Assembly: GCA_013115125.1 (NCBI GenBank)
Contig: JABANN010000158.1
Location: forward strand, 1 to 59,185
DNA: 59,185 bases
Direction of reading: 5' to 3'
From: Perkinsus olseni
Taxonomy: Eukaryota
Position numbers and translations under genes: made by a program. This document shows positions 1 through 12,273 of this stretch, piece after piece; the stretch's first letter is position 1, and each line of letters begins with the position of its first letter. A model generated the notes under the pieces. It saw only the letters and a list, made by a program, of their open reading frames with translations, had not been told where the DNA came from and ran no database searches.

Positions 1-705
1 GCTCCCACTACTACGCCAACGGCTCCTACTACCACGCCTGCGACTCCCACGACCACGCCTACAGCTCCTACTATCACGCCTACGGCTCCTACTACCACGC
101 CTACGGCTCCTACTACCACGCCCACGGCTCCCACTACAACGCCTACGGCTCCGACCACGACGTCTACGGCTCCCACTACAACGCCTACGGCTCCGACCAC
201 GACGCCCAGTACAACGCCCTCGGCGCCCACCACAACGCCCTCGGCTCCCACTACCACGCCCACGGCTCTCACTACTACGCCAACGGCTCCTAGTACAACG
301 CAGGCGGCTCCCACCACAACGCCTGCGGCTCCCACAACAACGCCTGCGGCTCCCACAACAACGCCTTCAAGTCCCTTATTCGGGGGCGATGGGGAAACCA
401 CTACCCCTGCGGCTCGTACTACCACGCGTGCGGCTCCCACTACTACCCCAGTGGCCTCTACAACAACGGTGGCTGCAACTACAACGGTGGCTGCAACTAC
501 GACTGCGGGTCAGACCAGGCCTACGACTCCGACCAGGCCTACGACTCCGACCAGGCCTACGACTCCGACCAGGCCTACGACTCCGACCAGGCCTGTGACT
601 CCGACCAGGCCTACGACTCCGACCAGGCCTACGACTCCGACCAGGCCGACGACTCCGACCAGGCCGACGACTCCGACCAGGCCTGTGACTCAAGGCCCGC
701 CCTGA
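1..705 (+). CDS. 3' end of a mucin-like Thr/Pro repeat protein (paralogue 1 of the six-Cys/mucin family; 5' end outside window)
   Basis: Frame 1 reads as APTTTP(T/A) repeats, then [11 protein letters not shown], a Thr-rich linker and (PTRPTT)x10, stopping at TGA 703-705. The repeat-exit sequence at 361-405 matches paralogue 2 at about 4747-4791. Confidence 0.8.
   Translation, partial: APTTTPTAPTTTPATPTTTPTAPTITPTAPTTTPTAPTTTPTAPTTTPTAPTTTSTAPTTTPTAPTTTPSTTPSAPTTTPSAPTTTPTALTTTPTAPSTTQAAPTTTPAAPTTTPAAPTTTPSSPLFGGDGETTTPAARTTTRAAPTTTPVASTTTVAATTTVAATTTAGQTRPTTPTRPTTPTRPTTPTRPTTPTRPVTPTRPTTPTRPTTPTRPTTPTRPTTPTRPVTQGPP
511..690 (+). repeat. 18-bp coding tandem repeat, 10 units (CCGACCAGGCCTACGACT, encoding PTRPTT)
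   Basis: Directly visible: 180 bp of near-identical 18-mers. Confidence 0.95.
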
Positions 706-832
706 TGTCCAGTGCGAACGTTGCTGTATCCTAGTCAATAAGGATATATCCTATCTCAACTGCTGGTTGACATCTCCTGTTCGTCGATGAGGGAATCAAT
801 TGTATGATTGCCTTGCTACTAGACTTCGTTGA
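701..832 (+). pseudogene. Decayed terminal six-Cys module, now out of frame behind the stop of paralogue 1
   Basis: The shifted frame reads [42 protein letters not shown], colinear with the paralogue 2 C-terminus PDAECDRNCILVNDDTSSYCKYWLTPPVCQGGNQLCDCDAARSR*. Confidence 0.85.
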
Positions 833-2788
833 ATTCAATACTGTGGAACTCGGTCATTGTTATCATTTTTCGTATATCTCTAGATGGGTACCTCACCTCT
901 CATTCATCATCGTTTCTATCCTCATAGGACCATGCTTGTAACCATGGGATCGTCAAGCGACCCACATTCACACGCACTCTGAGGGACGATGTGTTGAGAG
1001 TAGTATTTAGGGGAAGGCATATAGACTTGCACGCGTAGGTAGTGGATTTCCTTCTTCGCTCCGTACACCGGAATGAAGCCTCTAGGCCTTAAGAAGTGTC
1101 TTTCGATATTCTGCTAGCTGTGTTGAAAGTTTTCATTGAAAGCGCATGGGATTTTGTGCTCAGTCGCACAGCTGGGCCAATTAATGAAACGAAGAGGTGT
1201 GACACCCCGAAATTACTGCCTCTCCCTCGGCAGGATCCACTCTCTCCCGTGAGGTTGTGTACAATGAAGAAACAGTAGCTCTGCCACGGCATATATCGAC
1301 AGGAATTTGAAGCTCTGGATAGTCTCGTCTGCTAATCTGAGCAGCCACTCCTTGGTTCTTCTCTGTAGATCTCTTCGTCTCAAAATTCATCGTGAGTTTT
1401 CGTCGAGGGTTACTGTGGCCCCACTCCAACTTCTACCTGCTGTCATTTGCACTGGAGTACCATCAGCAAGCCCCTCAAGCGGTCATAGATGAGACCCAGC
1501 TTATCTCGGACATGTTAGCATGAGGTGTATCAGTTAGCACTCTCTTTCTAGTTTTCCCTTGTTTCTTTTGCCGACGTGTAAGCAAACCCTCTCAGAGTTT
1601 AGTACTCGCTCATCAGACGCGTTCATATCATATACAGTTCATCATCAGTTTCAAAAGAAGTAGGTGCATGGACGGCTGAGACTTGTCCATTCTGTCGAAG
1701 CTGGGAGCTCGAAGTTACGGAGTTCGCAAGAAGAACGCTCGACGGGTCGAAGGAGATCTTTTCACACGGTGCTGGGGCTCTTCTCAAACCCTTTTAGACA
1801 TGCCGACTTGATCTCGTGAGAATTTGGTGGTCGCTGCGCGCAGCGATACCCTCACCCAAAAACATGCTACAATTCGTTGATTTTCTGCTTGAGACTGGGT
1901 TTTCTAGTCGCATTCCAGACCCAGTGTACGTATCCTAACTCAGCTAGACCCTGTCGCGCAAGAACCTCTTTGGCCAATCAGTTCGAAGAGGCGCCAGAGA
2001 TCGGGCTTCAACTTCGAAAGATTCGCACTTCGTCTCGGATACTCTACCAATGCTCGAGTAAAGGTGCACTCCCACTGAAGGTGAGAAATCGTTCATGTGG
2101 ATATACTTCAGCGTATCAGATCGCTGTCTTCGGGCACATCTTTTCCCTCCGATACGACGCGAGATATCTGCCTTCATCAAAAATGAATAATTTCATCGGT
2201 ACGTCAAGATTCATAACTCAAGCGGGAGGAAGGTCTTCTTTGCTGTGTCCTATCAATGAAGTTCGAAAGTGAACCTCGGCCCGTTAAAGTCAGTTTCGCA
2301 GGAAATGGCCAGATTTTTGCCTCTCACTGCTCGTGGGTAGTGCCGTTGAGCTGTTGCCATTCAGCGAAGGACCTTCGCCGAAGGTACAGTGGCATTCTTG
2401 CGTAGTCATCAGATGCAAGAGTCTCACAAGGAGCACCTGCAAAGTTCCTACCACATGGGGTATACGAACTCGCACGTTATCGTCGAGGTTTCGGCCTTGG
2501 TCGCAGAGAAATGTGTGCACACGTCCATAGCTGAGTGTGCGAGTCGGAGGAGATTCAGGTACTCGGTGACCGACCGGAAAGTTACGAGAGATGCGACATC
2601 TTCACACAAGTGCCATCATTTTGGGAATCTTTGAGCACGTTAGAGGATACGTCTAACCTTCGCTCGCCCGCATCTGACACGGTTAGATTCGCCGTGTTCT
2701 ATCTCCCTCACAAGCATTATCAGGGTAATATCATAGTTCAAGCTACAGCCTCTCTTCCTGAAGTTCTAGGTTCCTGTCTCTCCTGTCA

Positions 2789-5289
2789 ATGTTCACTCGT
2801 TCGACTTGTGTACTTCTGGGTGTCTTTGCTAGTGGTTCAGCAAAGCTGAGGAAGCTTCAAGTGTCCACAACCACACCTCCGACCTTCGGCCCAGGCGACC
2901 GCGAGCGCTGTGACCTCTTCTGTCAAGGTAACGTTCTGTCTGACTCGTCCGTCGTACTCCTCATGCTTCTCTGTTGCAGTTCAGAACGGCTCACCAAGCT
3001 ACTGCAAGTATTGGCTATCACCTCCGGTCTGCCAGATAGGAGATCAACCATGCTCGCCTGATGTTTGCGACGGTAGGCATTTTGGTTATGCTCCATCTCA
3101 CCATGTCATATGTATGGAGCTGCCAAGCCTTTTTCCCCTCAGTTCCACCGGGAGCCACGGTTCCGCCCTTGTCTACACCTTCACCCGAAGTCTCTGATAA
3201 GTGTGATCGGTACTGTCAAGGTCTCAATGGTTTGGCAAGCTATTGTAAGTGGTGGCAGTCGCCGGCTGTTTGTCAATTTGGTAACCAACCTTGTGGAGAT
3301 ATAGCGGTGTGTGATCCCGTATCGTCATCGTCTACAACAGTCCCTTCAACCTCCGCGTCAACAACGTCGACCGTCTCTCCTACAACAGGCGTAAGTTCTA
3401 CAACTACAACTCCTGCGGCTCCCTCTACTACGCCCACGGCTCCCACTACCACGCCCACGGCTCCCACTACTACGCCCACGGTTCCCACTACTACGCCAAC
3501 GGCTCCTCCTACCACGCCTGCGGCTCCTACGACCACGCCTGCGGCTCCTACTACCACGCCTGCGGCTCCCACTACCACGCCTGCGGCTCCTACTACCACG
3601 CCTGCGGCTCCCTCTACAACGCCCACGGCTCCTACTACCACGCCTGCGGCTCCCTCTACAACGCCCACGGCTCCTACTACCACGCCTACGGCTCCTACTA
3701 CCTCGCCTACGGCTCCTACTACCACGCCTGCGGCTCCGACCACGACGCCTACGGCTCCCACTACTACGCCAACGGCTCCTACTACCACGCCTGCGACTCC
3801 CACGACCACGCCTACAGCTCCTACTACCACGCCTACGGCTCCTACTACCACGCCTACGGCTCCTACTACCACGCCTACGGCTCCTACTACCACGCCTGTG
3901 GCTCCGACCACGACGCCTACGGCTCCCACTACCACGCCCTTGGCTCCTACTACCACTTCTGCGGCTCCTACTACCACCCCTGCGACTCCTACTACCGCCC
4001 CTGCGGCTCCCACTACCACGCCCACGGCTCCCACTACTACGCCAACGGCTCCTACTACCACGCCTGCGGCTCCCACGACCACGCCTACTGCTCCTACTAC
4101 CACGCCTGCGGCCCCCACTACCACGCCTGCGGCCCCCACTACCACGCCTTTGGCTCCTACTACGATGCCCTCGGCTCCTACTACGATGCCCTCGGCTCCT
4201 ACTACGACGCCTACAGCTCCTACCACCACGCCTACGGCTCCCACTACCACGCCTGCGGCTCCTACTACCACGCCTGCGGCTGCTACTACCACGCCTGCGG
4301 CTCCTACTACCACGCCTGCGGCCCCCACTACCACGCCTTTGGCTCCTACTACGACGCCCTCGGCTCCTACTACGACGCCTACGGCTCCAACTACCACGCC
4401 TGCGGCCCCCACTACCACGCCTACAGCTCCTACCACCACGCCTACGGCTCCTACTACCACGCCTGCGGCTCCTACTACCACGCCTGCGGCTCCTACTACC
4501 ACGCCTGCGGCTCCTACTACCACGCCTGCGGCCCCTACGACGACGCCTACGGCTCCCACTACCGCGCCTACAGCTACTACCACGCCTACAGCTCCTACTA
4601 CCACGCCTGTAGCTCCGACCACGACGCCTACGGCTCCGACCACGACACCCTCGGCTCCCACTACAACGCCTACGGGTCCGACCACGACGCCCACAGTTCC
4701 CACTACTACGCCAACGGCTCCTACGACGCCTGTGGCTCCTACTACCACGCCTTCGGGTCCCTTATTCGGGAGCGATGGGGATACTACTACCGAAGCTGTG
4801 GATTGCGACTCGTACTGCTTTTCACTCAACGGTGCAGGAAGCTACTGCAAGTCTTGGTTGAGCCCTCCCGTGTGCCAAATTGGCAATCAACCCTGCACTG
4901 CATCCGATTGTTTGAGGTCGGTGGCGTCGACTTCAAACCCCATAACAACAACTGATGGTCTGCTATTTGGGGGAGACAGTGATACCACGACTACCAATGC
5001 CGGCGGCGATACACTAACAACAACTAGAGCCTCGGGTACGGCGACTGCTGTCACTTCGACAACCGTTCCTGCCTCGACAACGGTCGGCTCGACGATTAGC
5101 TCGACTGCCTCGTCGACTACAACTGTCTCTACCAGTTGGTCCCCAATGACAGGTCCTGATGCCGAGTGCGACCGTAACTGTATTCTAGTCAATGACGATA
5201 CATCCTCCTATTGCAAATACTGGTTGACGCCGCCTGTTTGCCAGGGAGGCAACCAATTGTGCGATTGTGACGCTGCTAGAAGTCGTTGA
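2789..5289 (+). CDS. Secreted mucin-like protein with four six-Cys modules and a ~450-aa APTTTP stalk (paralogue 2); exons 2789-2927, 2980-3072, 3143-5289
   Basis: ATG 2789 gives the signal-peptide-like MFTRSTCVLLGVFASGSA. Two phase-1 GT-AG introns (2928-2979, 3073-3142) restore an intact module CDLFCQVQNGSPSYCKYWLSPPVCQIGDQPCSPDVC and join the long ORF in frame. Confidence 0.85.
3415..4755 (+). repeat. 21-bp coding tandem repeat (APTTTPx), about 60+ units
   Basis: GCTCCTACTACCACGCCT(G/A)CG-type units are directly visible. Confidence 0.95.
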
Positions 5290-7656
5290 TTTCACTAGGG
5301 TATAACCCAGTTCCCATTCTCATTCTTCGTATATCTCTAGGTGGGTACCTCACCGTCCATTCATCATAGTTTGAATTCTCTAGGAGCTATGCTCCCGACC
5401 ACGGGCTCGTAAATCGACCCACATTCACATGCACTCTCAGGAATGCTAAGTGTTGAGTGTAGTACCTAGGGGAAGGAATCTAAAGTCACATTCGTGGGGT
5501 GGGTTTCCTGCTTGGTAGCCTCTTTCGTTCCCTACACCAGATTGATCTTGAAGCACTGCAAGAGCCTTACAACTGATTGAGTGCTACGCCCCGTATAATT
5601 GATTGATACTCAATTGTTCTTCACATCCAAGAGCCGTTTTTCACTCCTGTACGGAGTGTGGTTAGACACCTTTCATCTGACGCTTAGACTCTAAGCCTAT
5701 GGCGGCGTCGAACTTTGAGCTGAAATAGATTAGTTCAGGCCGTCGCGCGCTGCTTACTGGTGGTGCAAGTAAGTAACAATCGGCGGAGACTAGCTTGGCC
5801 GGCACCGGCCTTGACGCAATCTTGGGCTCGAAGTTGACGAGCGGGCGGCTCACCATGAGGTGGTAAAACAGACCGGAAGCATGTCATTTCCTCCCGGCTA
5901 GATCCACTCTCTACTGCGGGGCAGTGTCGAATACAGAAACACTAGTTCCGTCGCGGCACACCACACGGGTTTCCCCTTCAAGATCCGAGAATTCAAGGTT
6001 CTACATAGTCTCATTCGCGCACCCGAGCAGCCACTCCTTTGTGCGCAGTCCTGTTCGTGGAGCATTTGGAAGACGAAACATCATTCCCAGCGGTCCGATG
6101 ACGCTGACTGTCGAAAGCTGGACTATATGTCGGGGAAAGGATTCTCACTATTCGCGGAACCCCAGCTAGACCTACTCGCTAGCGGTTTACGGCGAGATAA
6201 TACAGTAATTGTAACAAATGTTGCCAAAATGGCTTCGGATTCGAGGGAATCCTGGTGAGTACCTGTAAAGGTTACTATTGAGAGTGTTAGCCTCGGTATG
6301 AGGGAGGTCAAGTTCTAGCATATGGACTTTCCGAGTCTCGGAGGTGAAGCTTGTGGTCGACACACTGCGGGAAGAGCTCGTGTCCGTGTTAGTACACAGC
6401 CACCCCAGTTGTGGAAGTGGATCCTCCCGGGAGGAAAAAAAGTATCTCAAGTTTGCCCTACCCTCTGCCTGAGCGCTACTTTCTGTGCTCAAAAAAACCC
6501 ATCCCTCTTGAAGGGAGATATATCGGTGCTAGTATGACTGGGCCGGCTCTCGGCGTCGGACTTGAAACTCACACACACAATTGCTCAGGTTCAAGTTCGG
6601 GACCCCGAACGCTATGGAAAGAGGCGGATCGATCTCCGGTTTTACATTTAGTCCGTCAAAAATGCCATCATTTTCTTCGAGCTCTGCTCAATGGATCCAA
6701 ATATGGGCGTCACACGTCCAACTCTCGTCAAGGAAATAGCCAAGATCGTTAACCGTTGATAAAGCTTGTGCAGAACCTAATAAGGGAAGTAACTCTTAAG
6801 GAATTCCTGAAGCCTAATAGTGTGATGTTCATAGTATTCATAGTCCAACATCGCTTTCTCCAGGAGCAGGTACATGGGCGGTTGAGACTTTTCGATTCTC
6901 GCGAAATGGCGAACTCGACGTTACCTAGTTCGCAGAAAATGCTCGATGGGTCGAAGAAGATACGCCCGCACGGTGCTTTGACTAAGGTTGTACGCTATGA
7001 GGCACGCCAACTTGAACCCATGATAATTTATTTGTCGCAACGATACGCTGGCCCAAGAAGATGTTGCAATTCCGTTGATTTTCTGGCCGAGATTGGGAAG
7101 GTTTGCTGGTCGAACCCATGACTCGGGAAATGGTGTATCCTAACTCGGCTGCAGCCTCCCGCGAATTGTGATCATCTCAGTCATTGGGCCGGCATCACCT
7201 CGATCGTAGATGAGTCCACATATTGGAGCTGGTATTTCGGCGGGTTCGCTGGTAGAGGTAGTCAAGTTACCGAAATTGGCAATACCAACTGACGAGCATC
7301 TTGACTATACTGCGGGATGTATTCTGCCCTCGGTAGGCAAGATCACAGCCGCTCAGATATCCGCAGCAGATATGTAGAACTGGCTTGACAAGCAGGTCCC
7401 TTTGAGCTGAGAGACGCGGCGATTGATCGTGTACAGCACGATGGATAAGGAAAGCTTCCAACGGTAAATCGGATCTCCGCAGCCTGAAGATTGATGAGCC
7501 TCGCTCGCCCAGCTTCTTGACACGGTAAGATACTCGGAAGCGTATCCAAGCCGCAGCGAAGAAAGTGGAAAGCATCTACTTCTGTAGCCGTAAGGGAGGA
7601 TTCAAGCCCGCTTCGCTTGATTTCTGTGTATAGGCTTTCTATCTCTTTCGTGTGCC

Positions 7657-10535
7657 ATGTTGCATTCTGCGGTGATCCTCATTTATATCTCCTGGTTCTC
7701 GCGTGGTTCTGGCGAGTTGAGAAGGGCTCAGGTTGCCACCTCTACTACCGCGCCAACATCAAGTGCCAGTCCTGAGGATCAGCAAGTTTGCGATTATTAC
7801 TGTCAATGTAAGTAACGACACATTATTGAAGTCGTTAGGTTTCGGTGAATGAATGATCTTCTAGTCGCGCGTGACTGTTCCTCGTTTGTTAGATCTCAAC
7901 GGGCCTTCCAGCTACTGTAAATACTGGCAGTTTCCTCGTGTGTGCCAAGGTGGAGACCAACCGTGCTCTGTCGATGACTGTGATGGTGAGACACACTAGC
8001 CTATGCATCGTTGCTCCATTCCGCCAACCCAATCATGATTTGTGGTCTGCCGACCAGGTCGGTTCGGTACGCAATGTCGCTTTTTCTCAGTTCCCGACGG
8101 TGCGACGATCCCGCCTCTCCCAACTCCTTCTGCGGCAGACGCCGAGGTCTGCGATCGTTACTGTATGCTCCTCAACGGTCCCTCTAGCTACTGTAAATGG
8201 TGGCAGTCTCCCCCAGTGTGTCTCTACGGTGATCAACCTTGTGGTGATGTCAACACTTGTGAGGCCCCCATCGTTGGGTCCACGACGTTTGATTTGGACG
8301 ATGATCAGCATGGTGGTGCTTCTGCTGCTTGCGACTCGTATTGCCAAGAGTTGAACGGTGAAGAGAGCTACTGCAAGCACTGGCAGAATCCGGCAGTATG
8401 TCATTCTGGCGATCAGCCCTGTGGTCCTGCCGTATGCGATCCGATCAGTACCACTGCGACCACACCTATCACAACCAGTATAGGCTCTACTACCTTCACC
8501 TCGACGAGCTCCACAGGTAGCGCCGCCACAACAGCTGCTCAATCGAGTACTCCTACAACGGTCATTGTGTCTACCACTAGTGCCTCTGTCTCCGCCGGTC
8601 CTTCAGCTAGCTCGACGACTGGTTCGCTCGTCTTCGGTGGGGACTCTGACGCAACTACTTCCGAGTCGACCGAGTGCGATTCTTATTGCAAGTTCCTCAA
8701 CGGCGACGATAGCTACTGCAAATCTTGGTTGAGCCCTGCAGTGTGCCAGGGAGGTGACCAGCCTTGTGGCTCATCTCAGTGCGCTTTCACCTCCACCGAA
8801 CCTGCCTTCGGAGGCGATGCTGACGCTACCACCGCTCCCCCGTCTGAGGACACTGCGGCGTGCGATCATTACTGTCGGCTTCTCAATGGTGAGTTGAGCT
8901 TCTGCAAGTATTGGCAAATTCCCGCTGTTTGTCAAATTGGTGATCAGCCGTGTGGCGATGTGGACATATGCCGAGCACCTATTGTTGGCACCACCACTAT
9001 CGACTTGGATGGCGACCAGCACGCCGACCCTTCTCCTGCTTGTGATGCGTACTGCCAAGGTCTCAACGGTGTCGACAGTTACTGCAAGTACTGGCAGAAT
9101 CCTGCGGNNNNNNNNNNNNNNNNNNNNNNNNNNNNNNNNNNNNNNNNNNNNNNNNNNNNNNNNNNNNNNNNNNNNNNNNNNNNNNNNNNNNNNNNNNNNN
9201 NNNNNGGTCTGTCTCAGCGGTGACCAACCATGTGGTCCTTCAGTCTGTGACCCTTCGACCACAACTTCGGGTGTGACATCAGAATCCGTTTCATCTACGG
9301 TTTCATCGGAGGCAACTACTGTTGTAACTACCACCCTTGGAACAACTACGAGCACAACAGCCACGACACCGAGTCCAACTGTAGGCGGCGACTCTGATAC
9401 AACTACCACAGAAGGCCCGATATTCGGTGGTGATGCTGATACAACGACCTCTCCAAGTGATGACCTGGCATGCGATCAATACTGCAAGCTTCTGAATGGT
9501 CCGGTGAGCTACTGCAAATCTTGGCAGACTCCTGCGGTCTGCCACTCTGGTGACCAGCCGTGTGGTGACGCTGAGATATGCAGAGCACCTATCGTCGGCA
9601 CCACCACTATCGACTTGGATGGTGACCAGCACGCCGGCCCCTCTCCTGCTTGTGATGCGTACTGCCAAGGTCTGAACGGTGTCGACAGTTACTGCAAGTA
9701 CTGGCAGAATCCTGCGGTCTGTCTCAGCGGTGACCAACCATGTGGTCCTTCAGTCTGTGACCCTTCGACCACAACTTCGGGTGTGACATCAGAATCCGTT
9801 TCATCTACGGTTTCATCGGAGGCAACTACTGTTGTAACTACCACCCTTGGAACAACTATGAGCACAACAGCCACGACACCGAGTCCAACTGTAGGCGGCG
9901 ACTCCGAGACCACTACTACAGAAGGCCCAATATTCGGTGGTGATGCTGATACAACGACTTCTCCGAGTGATGATCAGGCATGCAACCATTATTGCAAGCT
10001 CTTGAATGGTCCCGAGAGCTACTGCAAATCCTGGCAGTTTCCTGCTGTTTGCCAGTTCGGGGACCAACCTTGCGGCGACATTGATGTATGCCAAGCTCCA
10101 ATCATCGGCTCGACTTTTGACCTTGTCGGAGACCAACACAGTGGACATTCGTCGGCATGCGACTCTTACTGCCAAGATCTCAACGGCGCAACAAGCTACT
10201 GCAAGCACTGGCAGAACCCTGCTGTCTGTCTCAGCGGTGATCAGCCTTGCGGCCCCTCGGTATGTGATCCTATCACTTCTACTGCCTCCTCGACATCCGC
10301 GCCTACTTCGACATCGACAGTGACGCCATTAACCACGACCGCGTCGTCAAGTGCTTCTACATCGTTGACTACGTCTACTCCGGTATTCGGAGGAGATTCA
10401 GACTCCACTACTGCCACCAGCGGTTGCGACTCCTACTGTAAGTCTATGAACGACGAGTCCAGCTATTGCAAGTTTTGGTTGAATCCTCCAGTTTGCCAGG
10501 GCGGGGACCAGCCATGCGGTCCCTCGGTATGCTGA
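7657..10535 (+). CDS. Secreted protein with at least 11 six-Cys modules separated by Ser/Thr-rich and acidic linkers (paralogue 3); exons 7657-7807, 7893-7985, 8091-10535 (spans an assembly gap)
   Basis: ATG 7657 gives MLHSAVILIYISWFSRGSG. Two phase-1 introns (7808-7892, 7986-8090) fall at the same protein positions as in paralogue 2. The motif CDxYCxxLNGxxSYCKxWxxPxVCxxGDQPCGxxxC repeats throughout; stop TGA 10533-10535. Confidence 0.85.
9108..9205. other. Assembly gap (98 N) inside a 510-bp internal tandem repeat
   Basis: The gap flanks CCTGCGG | GGTCTGTCTCAGC overlap the contiguous CCTGCGGTCTGTCTCAGC at about 9711-9728. Confidence 0.95.
9208..10260 (+). repeat. ~510-bp (170-aa, two-module) internal tandem duplication in paralogue 3
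   Basis: 9208-~9450 is nearly identical to 9718-~9960, and 8975-9107 is nearly identical to 9585-9717. Confidence 0.9.
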
Positions 10536-11380
10536 GCGTGAGATGGATTCTTTCCGAGGCAGATTCTATCTATCGATATCGAGAGGGAGGTCATCCTTGT
10601 ATTCGATTCTCTAGAAGGAGCATGTTAGCACTATCTCAAGCCCTTATTATGCAGTAAAGGTGCTGTTATTCGTTCGACAAGTTCGACTTTATTCGCCCTG
10701 CCTCAATAGTTTTTCTAAGCTGGCCCCGCAATCCATTCATATACATATTATCACATATATCATCTCATATATCGTTTCCCACCACTCGTGATTCATGGAG
10801 TCATGTGATCATATCGAATTGTTCTTTTGTGTTTGTAGTGGATATCGGTACGGTCATGGTGACATGGCCCGGATATGGGGCGCCAAACCATGAAAACATT
10901 CAGGAGGCTGAATGTGCTCTTGCAGTGAACCACCCTCGATTCGATCGCCGCTCGATCCTCGATCGGATCGAACCAGGTTTTCGGGGTTTAGCCAAAAATG
11001 CAGTGTTCAGATGTGGTAACACACTTTGTAAGAACTAGTTTGAGGTATTCTTGTGGAAGTGAGAGCGCATCATAGACTTGAGCGACTGGCTTATATAGAC
11101 TCTGGATGTTTCAGTGAAAAGAATGTTGGTTGAATGCAGCTATTCCATTCGCAGGTTAGCATCTCTTATGAACAATGTCGCAACTTCCATTTGAATTGAT
11201 ATCTATAACGCAGCAGCTTCATGCGATAGAAAAATTCTTTTCATTTCGACTGCCAATGAATAGACCATTCAGAAATTGATGATTCTTGGTGATAGATAAT
11301 GAGGTTGTCGAAAATGTAATCTATGATGATCTTTAACAAAGTCTGGCCCCGTAGCGTTCACGATCCCTGAGGAAGAACGA

Positions 11381-12039
11381 TCAATCGTGGTGAATGACGG
11401 AATTGAGTGAATTTCGACATGAACTTACTTCGCTTCTTCTAAGCCGAGTCTTACTGGGCTTCTTCGGCGGGGACCTGCCAGCTTTCCTCTGTTGCCAAGC
11501 TACTGCCTGGAATAAACGTAAACCGTGATTACCACATAAAGTGGGTGCTGTTATCCATCTAGAGACGGCCCTACCTCCGTCCTTGGTATCGGCTTCGGTG
11601 GGGATGTCCTTTGATCCAACAGCGAACTTGACATTAGTCGAGTCCTCGATAAGTTTCTTGACCTTCTCGCAGTCGCAGAGCAACACCGTAATATGGCGCT
11701 TCGAGTTATCTCCGTCAGCCCTGTTGCCGTCGGCGACATCAATAAGCTTGCCTGTGACTGCCTCTTCGTCATCTTCGCGAAGCTTGACGTACAGCTTCAG
11801 TCTGTTGTTCCGCTCCTTAGAGGGGTTGGCTTCCACTCCCAATTCGACGGCATCGGACCACGACTCCTCTATGAGGGGGCAGATAGATTCTTCGTCGTCG
11901 TAATACATCAATCTGATGTCCTTGTCCACAAGATCCGGCCACGCAGTTCCTCGATACGGTTTTTTTCAATACGGTGTTCAATATCCATGCGGCAGCGAAA
12001 GGCTGCTTTTCTATAATGGAGCTTGATGGCATACCACAT
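11381..12039 (-). pseudogene. PB1-domain protein paralogue with an early frameshift
   Basis: ATG 12039 gives MWYAIKLHYRKAAFRCRMD...RIEE. Homology then continues in another frame (TAWPDLVDKDIRLMYYDDEESICPLIEESWSDAV). About 19 nt present in the 13277-13927 copy are missing at ~11948. The 3' end is uncertain. Confidence 0.7.
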
Positions 12040-12273
12040 CCTGGTTGCTCCCAGATTGGTTCTAGTTGGGTCAACAAGTAGTGCGCTAGCAAGGTGTTAA
12101 GTAACCCTTGCGCACTTGCGTGCTCTGATCGATTGCCGTTGCGGTCAAAAAATAGCTACAGCCGATGCTTTGTTTCTCGTTGGTGTGTGTGAATGTGTGT
12201 GAATTTATATTCCAACCTCGGTTCCGGCTTAGTTAGACTCTCCCTGATGTGCTTAGTTGGGGACTCTCTGTAG

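Noticed and set aside
2843-2863. KLRKLQV after the signal peptide as a PEXEL-like export motif
   Set aside because: It does not fit RxLx(E/Q/D), and the paralogue has ELRRAQV.
3061-3142. Apparent signal peptide MFATVGILVMLHL... at the start of the 742-aa ORF
   Set aside because: It mostly lies in intron 3073-3142. The paralogue's conserved exon structure places the true start at 2789.
511-4755. Regular 18-21-bp repeats as a possible CRISPR array
   Set aside because: No unique spacers, the repeats are in-frame coding units, and the context is eukaryotic with no cas genes.
3273-4829. 518-aa minus-strand Gly/Val/Ala-rich ORF (also the 376-738 minus ORF)
   Set aside because: Antisense shadow of stop-free Thr/Pro tandem repeats.
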